Source of the DNA: Bdellovibrio sp.
GTDB taxonomy: Bacteria > Bdellovibrionota > Bdellovibrionia > Bdellovibrionales > Bdellovibrionaceae
Length of the DNA: 64,000 nucleotides
Direction: 5' to 3'
Assembly: GCA_036676395.1 (NCBI GenBank)
Contig: JAKFCY010000002.1
Coordinates: 96,001 to 160,000 of the forward strand
Shown one piece after another: positions 37,648-46,811 of the stretch. A program made the translations under genes and the position numbers. The stretch's first letter is position 1. Each line of letters starts with the position of its first letter. The notes beneath the pieces were generated by a model. The model made no database searches. It was not told the DNA's origin and was given only the letters and a program-made list of their open reading frames with translations.

Positions 37648-39291
37648 ATGAAAATTGGGTTTTCAATTGTATTAGCGGCTTTAATTATATTTTCTTTCAT
37701 GTTCGCAGAAGCGGCAGACACGGCATGGAAAATTAAAAAAACCACCTGGTCTGAAACAGATGAAAAATTATATTCAGAATTTGTTAATTTGATCGGCCAA
37801 GCGGTTGAAAAAAATGAATGTAAATCCTTTCAAGAATGCATTCAGCATCCGAATAATCCTTATCGCGGCAGTGACTCAGAGCAATTAGATATTCACGTCG
37901 ACTGTGCGCGCTTATCTTACGCCTTACGTGCCTACTTCGCCTGGAAGAACGGTTTGCCTTTTTCGCACGTAAGCCAAGTTGTGCCGCGGGTTCCTTCTGA
38001 CAATGATGGTGATAATTTGCGGTATACGAAAAATGGAAACGTTGTATATAGGCGTTTAAGTGTACTGGCTTCAAAAAATAAATTGCCTGATGGGCCTAGC
38101 TATATCACGCAAACTTTAATGAAATCTGTTTACACGGCGGTGTTTCGCATCGAAGATGAAATTGAAAATCGCCCAGGCTATGAATCTGATTATTACCCTT
38201 CTGATATTTCGCGTGGTGCAATTCGCCCAGGCACTGCAATTTATGATCCTGCAGGGCATGTGGCTATTGTTTATAAAATTACTGATGACGGTAAAATCTA
38301 TTTTATCGATGCCCATCCTGATAACTCGTTAACATCAAGCATGTACGGAACAAAATACGTACGCAGCCGTCCGGCACAAGGCGCAGGATTTAAAAATTTC
38401 AGAAAGCAAGAACTTGTCGGTGCCAGCTTCGATACAGCCTTAGGATCTTATGTCGGTGGTAAAATTACAGTTAGTCCGGTCAGTGCCCACAAAGAATTTA
38501 GCATCGTGCAAAAGTACGGCACCGATAATACGCCTATTCCTAACTGGAAAGAAGGTCCGTTTATTTTAGCGGGCCTGAAAATGGATTATTATGATTATTT
38601 ACGGGCGAAAATGTCTAAAGGGGTGCTGCGTATTAATCCGGTTGAAGAAGTTAAAGCCATTACCCTAGATCTTTGTGCGTCTGCTTTAGATCGCGTTGAT
38701 TCGGTGCAAGTCGCGGTCTCTGAAAGAATTCATTTAAAAGAGCATCCAACAAGATTGCCTAATAATATTTATGGCACCAGCGGTGAATGGGAAACTTATT
38801 CGACACCATCACGTGATGCGCGTATTAAAATTTCGTTTAAAGAATTACGTGATAAAGTTGAAAGGATTTTTATCGCCTATCAAAAAGGCGATCCGCAAAT
38901 TGATTATAGTGGCGCTGATATCAAAGCGGATATGTTAAAATCTTATTTACAAAATGCTCAAGGGTGCAAAATCAAATACAGCAAATCAAATGGCATAGCT
39001 GTCGAACTAAGTTTAGAAACTATTCGCCAAAGATTATTTGCTTTAAGTTTTGATCCCTATCATTGCCCAGAATTACGTTGGGGCGCAAATACCGAACAAG
39101 AATATGCTGGCTGTAAAGACGGATCAACCAAACGCGAATGGTATAAGCGTGAAGTGTGGTTAAGAAACCAACTTGAACGAACATATGATGTACATATGGG
39201 TTTTACTTTAGACGAGCTGACGGGGCCAAAACCTGGCGCTGGCGTAGCTAATCCTCCAGACATAGATATCGTAAAATACCTTTCGAATTAA
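37648..39291 (+). CDS. Secreted hypothetical protein with an NlpC/P60-like Cys-His-Asp pattern
   Basis: Signal peptide; VDCARL, PGTAIYDPAGHVAIV, FIDAHPD. Confidence 0.6.
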   Translation: MKIGFSIVLAALIIFSFMFAEAADTAWKIKKTTWSETDEKLYSEFVNLIGQAVEKNECKSFQECIQHPNNPYRGSDSEQLDIHVDCARLSYALRAYFAWKNGLPFSHVSQVVPRVPSDNDGDNLRYTKNGNVVYRRLSVLASKNKLPDGPSYITQTLMKSVYTAVFRIEDEIENRPGYESDYYPSDISRGAIRPGTAIYDPAGHVAIVYKITDDGKIYFIDAHPDNSLTSSMYGTKYVRSRPAQGAGFKNFRKQELVGASFDTALGSYVGGKITVSPVSAHKEFSIVQKYGTDNTPIPNWKEGPFILAGLKMDYYDYLRAKMSKGVLRINPVEEVKAITLDLCASALDRVDSVQVAVSERIHLKEHPTRLPNNIYGTSGEWETYSTPSRDARIKISFKELRDKVERIFIAYQKGDPQIDYSGADIKADMLKSYLQNAQGCKIKYSKSNGIAVELSLETIRQRLFALSFDPYHCPELRWGANTEQEYAGCKDGSTKREWYKREVWLRNQLERTYDVHMGFTLDELTGPKPGAGVANPPDIDIVKYLSN

Positions 39292-39364
39292 GACCATAGT
39301 CTTATTTATTCGCTGTCTAAGGGGCTTTTGTATTATCTGAATCGTCGTTTGTTATGATAGTTCA

Positions 39365-40093
39365 ATGAACTTAGACGACTACCGACGAAAAAAAGATGAA
39401 CTTTTGGCCGAAGCCCCTAAATACAGAAATCTTTGCACCAAGTGCATTCAGCCTGATTTCGGTTGTTACTGTAAAAATATTCAGCCGATCGATTGTGCGA
39501 TCAACTTTGTTATTCTAATTCACCCAATTGAAGCTAAGCGCAGAATTGCTACCGGCAGAATGTCGCATCTTTGTCTTAAAGGATCACATCTGATCAAAGG
39601 GCAAAATTATTCTAACAATGAGCAAATTAATTCGCTGATTGCTGATCCCAAGTATCATTCAGTTATTTTATATCCGGGACAACAATCAACAAACCTATCG
39701 TTAATGTCAGCCACTGAACGCCAAGAGCAGTTTTTAGCGAATAAAAAATTACGCATATTTGTCATTGATGGAACATGGGCCACTGCGGGACGTATGGTGC
39801 ATCAAAGTGAAAACTTAAAACAGCTTCCGCGAATTAGTTTTGTTCCAACCAGCCCTTCAAATTTTAGAGTGCGAAAACAACCTGAATCTTATTGTTATTC
39901 AACGATCGAAGCGATTCACCACACAATTGATTTATTTGCGAATTTGCAAAATACAAAACCGCATGATCATCTGCTGGAAGTTTTTAACAGTATGGTTGAA
40001 AAACAGCTGAGTTTTATCAGTGAAGTGAAATTAAATTTACGTGAGGCCAGTTATCGCCGAGAAGGCCAATTAGCCCGCGTGAAAGTAAGCTAA
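39365..40093 (+). CDS. DTW-domain tRNA-uridine aminocarboxypropyltransferase (TapT-like)
   Basis: CxxC...CYC, IHPIE, ATGR, ILYP, IDGTWATA, STIEA. Confidence 0.9.
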   Translation: MNLDDYRRKKDELLAEAPKYRNLCTKCIQPDFGCYCKNIQPIDCAINFVILIHPIEAKRRIATGRMSHLCLKGSHLIKGQNYSNNEQINSLIADPKYHSVILYPGQQSTNLSLMSATERQEQFLANKKLRIFVIDGTWATAGRMVHQSENLKQLPRISFVPTSPSNFRVRKQPESYCYSTIEAIHHTIDLFANLQNTKPHDHLLEVFNSMVEKQLSFISEVKLNLREASYRREGQLARVKVS

Positions 40094-40314
40094 CTAAGGC
40101 TTATTTTAGGCTATAGATTTATTTAAAGGCCTGTGTTATTCTTGATCCATGAGCAATTAATCTCAAAGAAGATGAATATCTTCTTTATCTGCATTTTATT
40201 TCGTTAAAAAATCATTAAATTTTATTTCTATTTATTATTGGGAGTCTGCCATGAGCACAAACCTCTGCATCCGTTCAATCCGTTTGATCAATCCTCTTTA
40301 TCGCAGCAGGTTTT

Positions 40315-40614
40315 ATGAAGATAACTTTTATATTTATTTCTACATTTTTAACATGGGTCGCATTCGATCATAATCTATATCGCAGGCGTCGCGAAACGTA
40401 TTCACTAGATAGCGTTGAACTTTCTATATCTGAGGGCCAAGCAACGGCACCGCAAAAGAAAAAGGTGGCGCTTAAGCGCTTAGATGTGATGCCACCGCAT
40501 TTGCGTAAGCGTGCGGTCAAATTGCGTACTAAGTGCAGCTATCGCAGTACAAAATCGCGTGATTCTAGAGATTCTAACCAGCGCAGTATTCGGCGAAAGT
40601 TTAATAATATGTGA
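40315..40614 (+). CDS. Small basic hypothetical protein (uncertain)
   Basis: 99-aa ORF with hydrophobic N-terminus; no clear RBS or motif. Confidence 0.3.
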   Translation: MKITFIFISTFLTWVAFDHNLYRRRRETYSLDSVELSISEGQATAPQKKKVALKRLDVMPPHLRKRAVKLRTKCSYRSTKSRDSRDSNQRSIRRKFNNM

Positions 40615-41481
40615 TTAGTGCAGTGATCGTAAAGCTTTGGCGATTTCTCGGTGTAAGGCTAACTCTTGTGATTGTGTTTTTTTAATTAAAAATACAGGCT
40701 GTAGGCGCTCTTTTTGATTTACCGGAATGGTCAGTTCAATCAGACGATATTCGGGTAAAACTTTTTCATTATGTAAACGCGCAATAAATTCTGGCAAGTA
40801 AGCAACGGCGTGACCTTCGCGACAAAGCTCCATGGCTGATTCCATCATGGTTACACGATACTTAATATGGCGTTGAAATTTGTGTTCAGGCCAGCCATCA
40901 AGACCTAATACTTTTGAGGGCGTACCTTCGGATGGACTAAGCGGAACAACGAAAGGTAAATCATTGACTACAGTATTTTTAAATTTTTTTAAACCAAAAG
41001 CACCCATTTTAATTTTAGTGGCTTCGATAAAATCGATTCCAGCTTTAGGAATTGGTGTATAGGTAATGCCGACATCAACATGTCCATCACTGACAGCTTG
41101 TTCTAAACGGCCCGGGCCGTATTCATGCAATTCTAAAGATTCAAGTTCAGTATGCTTTGTTAATACCGACAAAAAATAAGTTGTAAAAACCTCAAATGAA
41201 CCGATGCGGGTAGGCGTTGTGGCCGTTCCTTGACGCATTTTTTCTGGCACTTGCGACCATGCAGCTAATAGAGGTGCTGTTTCAGTTTTAAAGATATGCC
41301 CTTGTTCGGTTAAACGCAGGCCGCGGCCTTCAGCTTCAATAAGCGAGACGCCGACCTCTTGTTCGAGAAGGCGAAGTGCTTTAGACAAGGCAGGCTGCGA
41401 GATATGTAAGATTTCAGAGGCTTTGACCAGTGAACCAGTTTCGGCAAAGGTGTGAAAATAACGAACTCGATCTATATCCAT
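40615..41481 (-). CDS. LysR family transcriptional regulator
   Basis: GSLVKASEILHISQPALSKALRLLEQEVG HTH; divergent from the P450 operon. Confidence 0.95.
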   Translation of the reverse strand: MDIDRVRYFHTFAETGSLVKASEILHISQPALSKALRLLEQEVGVSLIEAEGRGLRLTEQGHIFKTETAPLLAAWSQVPEKMRQGTATTPTRIGSFEVFTTYFLSVLTKHTELESLELHEYGPGRLEQAVSDGHVDVGITYTPIPKAGIDFIEATKIKMGAFGLKKFKNTVVNDLPFVVPLSPSEGTPSKVLGLDGWPEHKFQRHIKYRVTMMESAMELCREGHAVAYLPEFIARLHNEKVLPEYRLIELTIPVNQKERLQPVFLIKKTQSQELALHREIAKALRSLH

Positions 41482-41502
41482 AAGTTAATTATATATAACT
41501 TA
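41481..41502. promoter_or_regulatory. Probable LysR operator
   Basis: TAAGTTA-N8-TAACTTA inverted repeat abutting the lysR start codon in the 75-bp divergent intergenic region. Confidence 0.55.
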
Positions 41503-41556
41503 AACGAACTATTTTTCAAGTGTTTCCTGCGCTATCTATTAGCACTAGGAGATTGT

Positions 41557-42759
41557 ATGAAAAACTTCCAAAATTTAAGGGCTTTTATGAAGGCACCTCT
41601 GCATTTGATGACTGAACTTGAACAAGGTCAGAAATTTGTGCGTACCCGCTTAGGGCCGAAGAGTTTTGTTTTTGTGTATGATGCAGCTTATGCGCGTGAA
41701 ATTTTAGTTCAGGCAAGTCAGAAGTTTCCACAAAATCGTATGGTGTTTGATCGTATTCAGCCGTTAACGGGCCGCAAAGGTTTAGTGCAGATGGAAGGCG
41801 AAGAATCTAAAAACACGCGCATGCAGATGCGAACACTTTTCAGCAAAGCTCCACTGGCAGATGCACAAGCCATCACTGAAAAATACACGGATGATTTAAT
41901 CGCTGAACTTAAAAAGAACCCAGCCGTTGATATTGCACAAGCCATGCATAATTTAATTTTACGTACGGCTTTAAAAATATTTTTAGATGTGGATGATCCG
42001 AAAATGGCCAGTAACATTGGGCATATGTTTGTCGAGTTAAATGAACTATGTGGCCATCGTATGCGTGCATTGCTACCGGTTCCGTTATTTATTCCGACCA
42101 AACAAACATTACGCATAAAAAAATTACGTGCAGAAATCAGAAGTCAGATTCTAAATCATTTAGAAAAAAGAACTAAAACCATGCATGGGCAGTTAGTTGA
42201 TGTTTTTGCTGATGACCCTAATTTGTTAGATCACTGCATGACTTTTATCTTTGCAGGGCATGAAACTACGGCTTCATCACTGGCCTTTACATTCTTATTA
42301 TTGGCTAAATACCCTGAATACCAAAAACTGATTCAGCAAGATCCAAAAATGGCTACTTTAGTGTATAAAGAAAGTTTACGCCTGTATCCGCCGGCTTACA
42401 TGCTTGCTAGGCAAGCTAACGTCGATACAGATTTTGGCGATTTTAAAATTAAAAAATCAGAACAAGTTATTATTGCGCTGGCGAGCATTCAGCAAAGCGA
42501 AAAATACTTTCAAGAGGCTAAACAGTTTAAGCCAGAACGTTTTGAACAAAAGTTCGAACAACCCGCAGCGTTTTTTCCATTCGGTGCAGGTGGTAAATCC
42601 TGCATCGGTGAAAGGCTTGCATATGTTGAAGCTGATGTGGTGATTAATAAAATCTGCACTCAGTTCGTAATCACCGGCAGCGCAGAAAAAATTATAGCTG
42701 ATCCAATGATTACGTTAAATGCTCGTAGCGGTCAGACGTTGGTGTTCAATGTTAGATAG
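41557..42759 (+). CDS. Cytochrome P450
   Basis: I-helix AGHETT, ExxR (ESLR), PERF, heme motif FGAGGKSCIG. Start set at ATG 41557 after AGGAG. Confidence 0.96.
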   Translation: MKNFQNLRAFMKAPLHLMTELEQGQKFVRTRLGPKSFVFVYDAAYAREILVQASQKFPQNRMVFDRIQPLTGRKGLVQMEGEESKNTRMQMRTLFSKAPLADAQAITEKYTDDLIAELKKNPAVDIAQAMHNLILRTALKIFLDVDDPKMASNIGHMFVELNELCGHRMRALLPVPLFIPTKQTLRIKKLRAEIRSQILNHLEKRTKTMHGQLVDVFADDPNLLDHCMTFIFAGHETTASSLAFTFLLLAKYPEYQKLIQQDPKMATLVYKESLRLYPPAYMLARQANVDTDFGDFKIKKSEQVIIALASIQQSEKYFQEAKQFKPERFEQKFEQPAAFFPFGAGGKSCIGERLAYVEADVVINKICTQFVITGSAEKIIADPMITLNARSGQTLVFNVR

Positions 42760-43591
42760 TTTAATTGCAGATTTTCGTGAAATTTGTCCACACCGATCAA
42801 GTGCATTGTTTCGTGAATTTTTACCTGTGGGTTATCGCCTGACAACATTATCTTCAGTGCCACAGGAATACCGCGAAATCGTGATACAGGCTAAGATTCG
42901 TTTGGGTATGCTGATCACGCTTTATGATGATTTGGCAGATCATCCAGATTATTTGAACCCTGTGCTGTTAAAAAAATTATATCGCCTAAATTTAGACTCT
43001 GATTTTACGCTGACGTTATCAATCAGCAAAGAAAATAAAATTTATCAGTTAGCACGTAAACTTTTTTCTGAACTGCGTGATCTGTTATCAGGTTTGCCGA
43101 ATTACGAACAGTTAAAAGCTATTCTTGAATTTGATATTGAGCAGTTTTATTGCTGTAACCGGTTATCAAGTTTGGCTACCGAGACGCCTGGAATTTTAAA
43201 CCTGGCCGAATCGCAAACTTTGGGGCCGCATAATATGGGAATCATAGCTGCTGGCACGATTGATTTAATGTCGGTGACAGATTTAAACGTACGTGAAATT
43301 GCCATTTGCCGCGAAATTTTTATTTTAGGTCAGCGTATGGGTCGAATCAGTAATGTTGTTTACACTTTTGAACGTGAGCAGTTAGAAGGTGATCAGACTA
43401 ATGAAATTTTTGTGCAACAAAGATTATTCGGTGGAACTCATCAATCCATTAAGGCGCAGTTAATCCAAGAACTTCATGAGTGTAGCATAGCTATTAAAAA
43501 ATTCTGTGCGCCGGCATTTAGCGCTAATCAGTACGCCCAGGGTTTTCTGGAGTTGCATCAATTGCATGCCCGCTTAGAGAGTCAAATATGA
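42749..43591 (+). CDS. Class I terpene synthase / isoprenoid-synthase-fold protein
   Basis: DDxxD (YDDLAD) and NSE/DTE-like RISNVVYTFERE followed by GDQTN; helical; start overlaps the P450 3' end. Confidence 0.72.
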   Translation: MLDSLIADFREICPHRSSALFREFLPVGYRLTTLSSVPQEYREIVIQAKIRLGMLITLYDDLADHPDYLNPVLLKKLYRLNLDSDFTLTLSISKENKIYQLARKLFSELRDLLSGLPNYEQLKAILEFDIEQFYCCNRLSSLATETPGILNLAESQTLGPHNMGIIAAGTIDLMSVTDLNVREIAICREIFILGQRMGRISNVVYTFEREQLEGDQTNEIFVQQRLFGGTHQSIKAQLIQELHECSIAIKKFCAPAFSANQYAQGFLELHQLHARLESQI

Positions 43592-44829
43592 AGGCTGTGG
43601 TTATCGGTGGTGGTATTGCAGGGCTTGCAGCTGCGCGAGTGTTAGCCGCTCATTATACTTCAGTTGTGGTGTGCGAGAAGGATTCACGAATTGGATCAGC
43701 TGATATTCGCACCGGTGCACCCCAAGGGGCTCACCTACATGTATTATTAAAAAATGGCCAGACCATTTTGCGTGAGCTGATGCCGGATGTTTATGAGCAA
43801 ATTAAAAATGGCCGCTGTAAAACCATCGATTGGGCTCAAGATACAGTTTGGGAAAATAAATTCGGCCGATTACCGCGTTATCAATCGAAAGCTAAAACTT
43901 TTTCTTTTAGTCGTGGTCTATTAGAATCCAAACTATTTGCCAGTGTGAGTAAGCTTCAAAATGTTTCAGTTATATATTCGCAAGTTTTAGAATTTACAAA
44001 ATTTGCTGACAAAATTCATAGTGTTAAATTAGACAACGGACAAACCATTGAAGCCGATCTATTTGTCTTTGCCGCTGGTGCCCAGTCAATGTTATCCGGC
44101 CTATTAGGGCAGCCGTTAGTATATGAGATGACAGGAATAGATATAACCTACTATTCAGCGCGCTTTAAAACCGAAACGGTAAATTTGCCAGATTGTATGC
44201 AATATTATTATCAAGCAGATCCGGGTATTGAATCTATCGGTGGAGTGATTTCGCCCATTGAAAATAATCAAACTATTGCAACACTCATCGAATTTGGCCA
44301 AAAACCCGCGCGCATACTTGATCAGCCAGGATTTTTAGCCAAATCTATGCAATTGCCAAATTTAGATTTTTTTTGTTCAGTGATGAAAGCTGAAATGCAG
44401 GGGGCGGTACATTGTTTTCATAAAAAAACGATGTCTAGGATTACACCGGCAGCCTATAAAAGTTTACCAGATAATCTTATTCTGATCGGTGATTCGCTAC
44501 TTTCTCTAAATCCTGTTTTTGGGCAAGGAATGACGAGCGCTTTTTTGCAAATTCGTGAATTAAAAACTCAGCTTGAAAAGAAAAGGCATGTAAACACCAA
44601 ATCTTTTCATAAAAAGGTTTTGAAAATTACGCAGACAGCTTTTGCGATGTCAAAAGCGGGGTCAATGGATCATCGTCATTATATAAAGCGCTACTTAGAT
44701 GGGTTTTTACAATTAGCCAGCAAATCACAATTACACCACCGACGATTTTTACAAGTATTGCATTTAGAACGCGGGCCACTATCTTTATTTAGTGCGCAGG
44801 TAGCTATTAAGGCGATGAGGCGTTTATGA
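43588..44829 (+). CDS. FAD-dependent monooxygenase, LasC/MonCI epoxidase-like
   Basis: GGGIAG Rossmann motif, RTGAPQGAHLHVLL, GDSLLSLNPVFGQGMT; ATGA-coupled to the upstream gene. Confidence 0.82.
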   Translation: MKAVVIGGGIAGLAAARVLAAHYTSVVVCEKDSRIGSADIRTGAPQGAHLHVLLKNGQTILRELMPDVYEQIKNGRCKTIDWAQDTVWENKFGRLPRYQSKAKTFSFSRGLLESKLFASVSKLQNVSVIYSQVLEFTKFADKIHSVKLDNGQTIEADLFVFAAGAQSMLSGLLGQPLVYEMTGIDITYYSARFKTETVNLPDCMQYYYQADPGIESIGGVISPIENNQTIATLIEFGQKPARILDQPGFLAKSMQLPNLDFFCSVMKAEMQGAVHCFHKKTMSRITPAAYKSLPDNLILIGDSLLSLNPVFGQGMTSAFLQIRELKTQLEKKRHVNTKSFHKKVLKITQTAFAMSKAGSMDHRHYIKRYLDGFLQLASKSQLHHRRFLQVLHLERGPLSLFSAQVAIKAMRRL

Positions 44830-45524
44830 TTTACCTGCATCAGTATCCACAGGCTTGGGGATTATCGAGTTTAAGTCCATTTTGTATTAAGGTTGAAGCA
44901 TTTCTGCGACAAAGTAATTTGGAGTACGAAGTCATTGTCGAGCGTAATCCGCGTCGTGGGCCTAAGGGTAAAATGCCATTTATTGTGGATAAAGGTGTGA
45001 GTATCGCAGATTCTGGTTTTATTATTTCGTCATTGATTCGCAATTATAATTTAGACAGCTATTATCCATTTAATTCTGCACAAAAAGCCGCAGCTCATGC
45101 CTTTGAAAAGATGATTGAAGAAAATTTTTATTTTATATTGTTGTATGCACGTTGGGTCGATTCAGAAAGCCGGGTAAAAACTGTATCTGAATTTACAAAG
45201 CTATTTCCACCCATCATTGGGCCGCTTTTTTTAAAACTGATTCGTAAGAATTTAACCAAACAAGCTTACTTGCAGGGAATTGGCCGGCATACGGCTTCTG
45301 AGGTGTATATAAAAGCGGAACAAGATCTTCGGGCGATCAGTGATTATATCCAAAATGAAAATTATTTTCTGGGATCTGCGTGGTCACCCGTAGATGCCAG
45401 CCTGTTCGCTTTTTTAATTACTATCTTGCGCCAGCCCGTAGCGCCGCGCTTAAAAGAGCTGGTTGAACGATTCCCCAACTTAGTGGCTTACGCTGAGCGC
45501 GAAGCCCAGAGATTATCATTGTAG
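44826..45524 (+). CDS. Glutathione S-transferase, metaxin-like/FAX class
   Basis: SLSPFCIKVEAFLR, GPKGKMPFI, ADSGFII, QGIGRH, DLRAIS...YFLG...DASLFA; ATGA-coupled. Confidence 0.88.
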   Translation: MIYLHQYPQAWGLSSLSPFCIKVEAFLRQSNLEYEVIVERNPRRGPKGKMPFIVDKGVSIADSGFIISSLIRNYNLDSYYPFNSAQKAAAHAFEKMIEENFYFILLYARWVDSESRVKTVSEFTKLFPPIIGPLFLKLIRKNLTKQAYLQGIGRHTASEVYIKAEQDLRAISDYIQNENYFLGSAWSPVDASLFAFLITILRQPVAPRLKELVERFPNLVAYAEREAQRLSL

Positions 45525-45568
45525 CTTAGAATAGCTTGCGTAGAATTACCTTTGTTTGTGGAGGTCTT

Positions 45569-46201
45569 ATGATGTTAGTTATTGGTAATAAACGTTATTC
45601 GAGCTGGTCATTGCGCCCATGGGTGTTGATGAAACATTTTGATATCCCTTTCGAAGAAAAACTAATCGCCCTTGATCAGCCAGACACCGAACAAAAGATT
45701 TTAAAATATTCTCCCTCGAAAAAAGTGCCTGCTCTTGTTGATGTCGATATCACAGTATGGGAATCGATGGCCATTATGGAATACTTAAATGAAAAATACC
45801 CACAAAAACAAATGTGGCCAGCCGATACAAAAAAACGTGCCCTCGCACGTTCGGTGGCAAATGAAATGCATTCTGGTTTTTCAGCGATGCGAAATATAAT
45901 GTCGCATGATTTGCAAAAAACTGTTCCAGGATTCGATTATTCGGCGGCGCTGACTGATGTAAATCGCGTGATGGATATTTGGCGTGAATGTTTACAGCAA
46001 TCGGGTGGGCCTTTTTTATTTGGTTCATTTAGTATTGCCGATGCGATGTATGCGCCGGTAGTGAATCGTTTTATTACTTATGATGTGAAGGTTGATACAG
46101 ATTGCGCAAAGTACATTATAGCCATGCGTGAACTGCCAGCGCATAAAGCATGGATCGAGGCAGGATTAGCTGAAAAGCTAGTCGCGCCCCTGCATATTTA
46201 A
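45569..46201 (+). CDS. Glutathione S-transferase family protein
   Basis: IGNKRYSSWSLRPW, KVPAL, WESMAIMEYL, EMHSGF, FSIADAMYAPV. Start set at ATG 45569 after GGAGG. Confidence 0.92.
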   Translation: MMLVIGNKRYSSWSLRPWVLMKHFDIPFEEKLIALDQPDTEQKILKYSPSKKVPALVDVDITVWESMAIMEYLNEKYPQKQMWPADTKKRALARSVANEMHSGFSAMRNIMSHDLQKTVPGFDYSAALTDVNRVMDIWRECLQQSGGPFLFGSFSIADAMYAPVVNRFITYDVKVDTDCAKYIIAMRELPAHKAWIEAGLAEKLVAPLHI

Positions 46202-46731
46202 TTATCTTGGTCTTTATCTTGATCTTTATCCTGCGATTGATCTTGATCCTGATCTACACGGGGCGTGCCATTTAACGTGTTCACATATATGATTGCATCA
46301 ACGGCATCGCACGGTGCTGCCGATGCATATTGGCAATCTGAAATATTAAAGCGAAAAGCATCTGCCAGCTTTGTTTCGCGGTTTATGTGTAGAGTGATCG
46401 TGTTAAATAAATGCTCTTGGCCATTAATGGCCTGCATATTCTGGCGATCAGGACTAACTAAAGTAAATAACAATTTAAAATTTGAATAAAACTCCCAGTG
46501 CCCGGTCGCAGTTTCAAGTATTTGATCAACCGAAGCTAAAAGCTTTGTGCGTTCGCTGTATTCTGGATATACGTGTCCGATTTTAAAATCGATAACAGTT
46601 GAAGAATTGACGATTTGTTTAGTGGAAGTGGCTTCAACAATTCTTTCTGAAATAGGGCTATGTTCAAAGCGGCTTTGACTACATGAAAAAACTAAAGTTG
46701 CGCCAAGTGCAGTAAGTATCGATAGTTTCAT
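46198..46731 (-). CDS. Hypothetical lipoprotein with a C-terminal DQ/DK repeat
   Basis: Lipobox VFSC, GGAGG RBS, tail DQDQDQSQDKDQDKDQDN. Confidence 0.7.
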   Translation of the reverse strand: MKLSILTALGATLVFSCSQSRFEHSPISERIVEATSTKQIVNSSTVIDFKIGHVYPEYSERTKLLASVDQILETATGHWEFYSNFKLLFTLVSPDRQNMQAINGQEHLFNTITLHINRETKLADAFRFNISDCQYASAAPCDAVDAIIYVNTLNGTPRVDQDQDQSQDKDQDKDQDN

Positions 46732-46769
46732 AAATCCTCCTATGAATTATTTTGCATGAGAGGATTTAC

Positions 46770-46785
46770 AGCAACGCTTATGCCA
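46770..46785 (-). promoter_or_regulatory. Sigma-54 promoter of the lipoprotein gene
   Basis: Minus strand TGGCATAAGCGTTGCT, near consensus. Confidence 0.7.
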
Positions 46786-46811
46786 TGGGGTGATGGTCCC
46801 CGCGTTATAAA

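Noticed and set aside
41452..41556. N-terminal extension of the P450 in the ORF track
   Set aside because: It overlaps the lysR start and operator; ATG 41557 has an AGGAG RBS.
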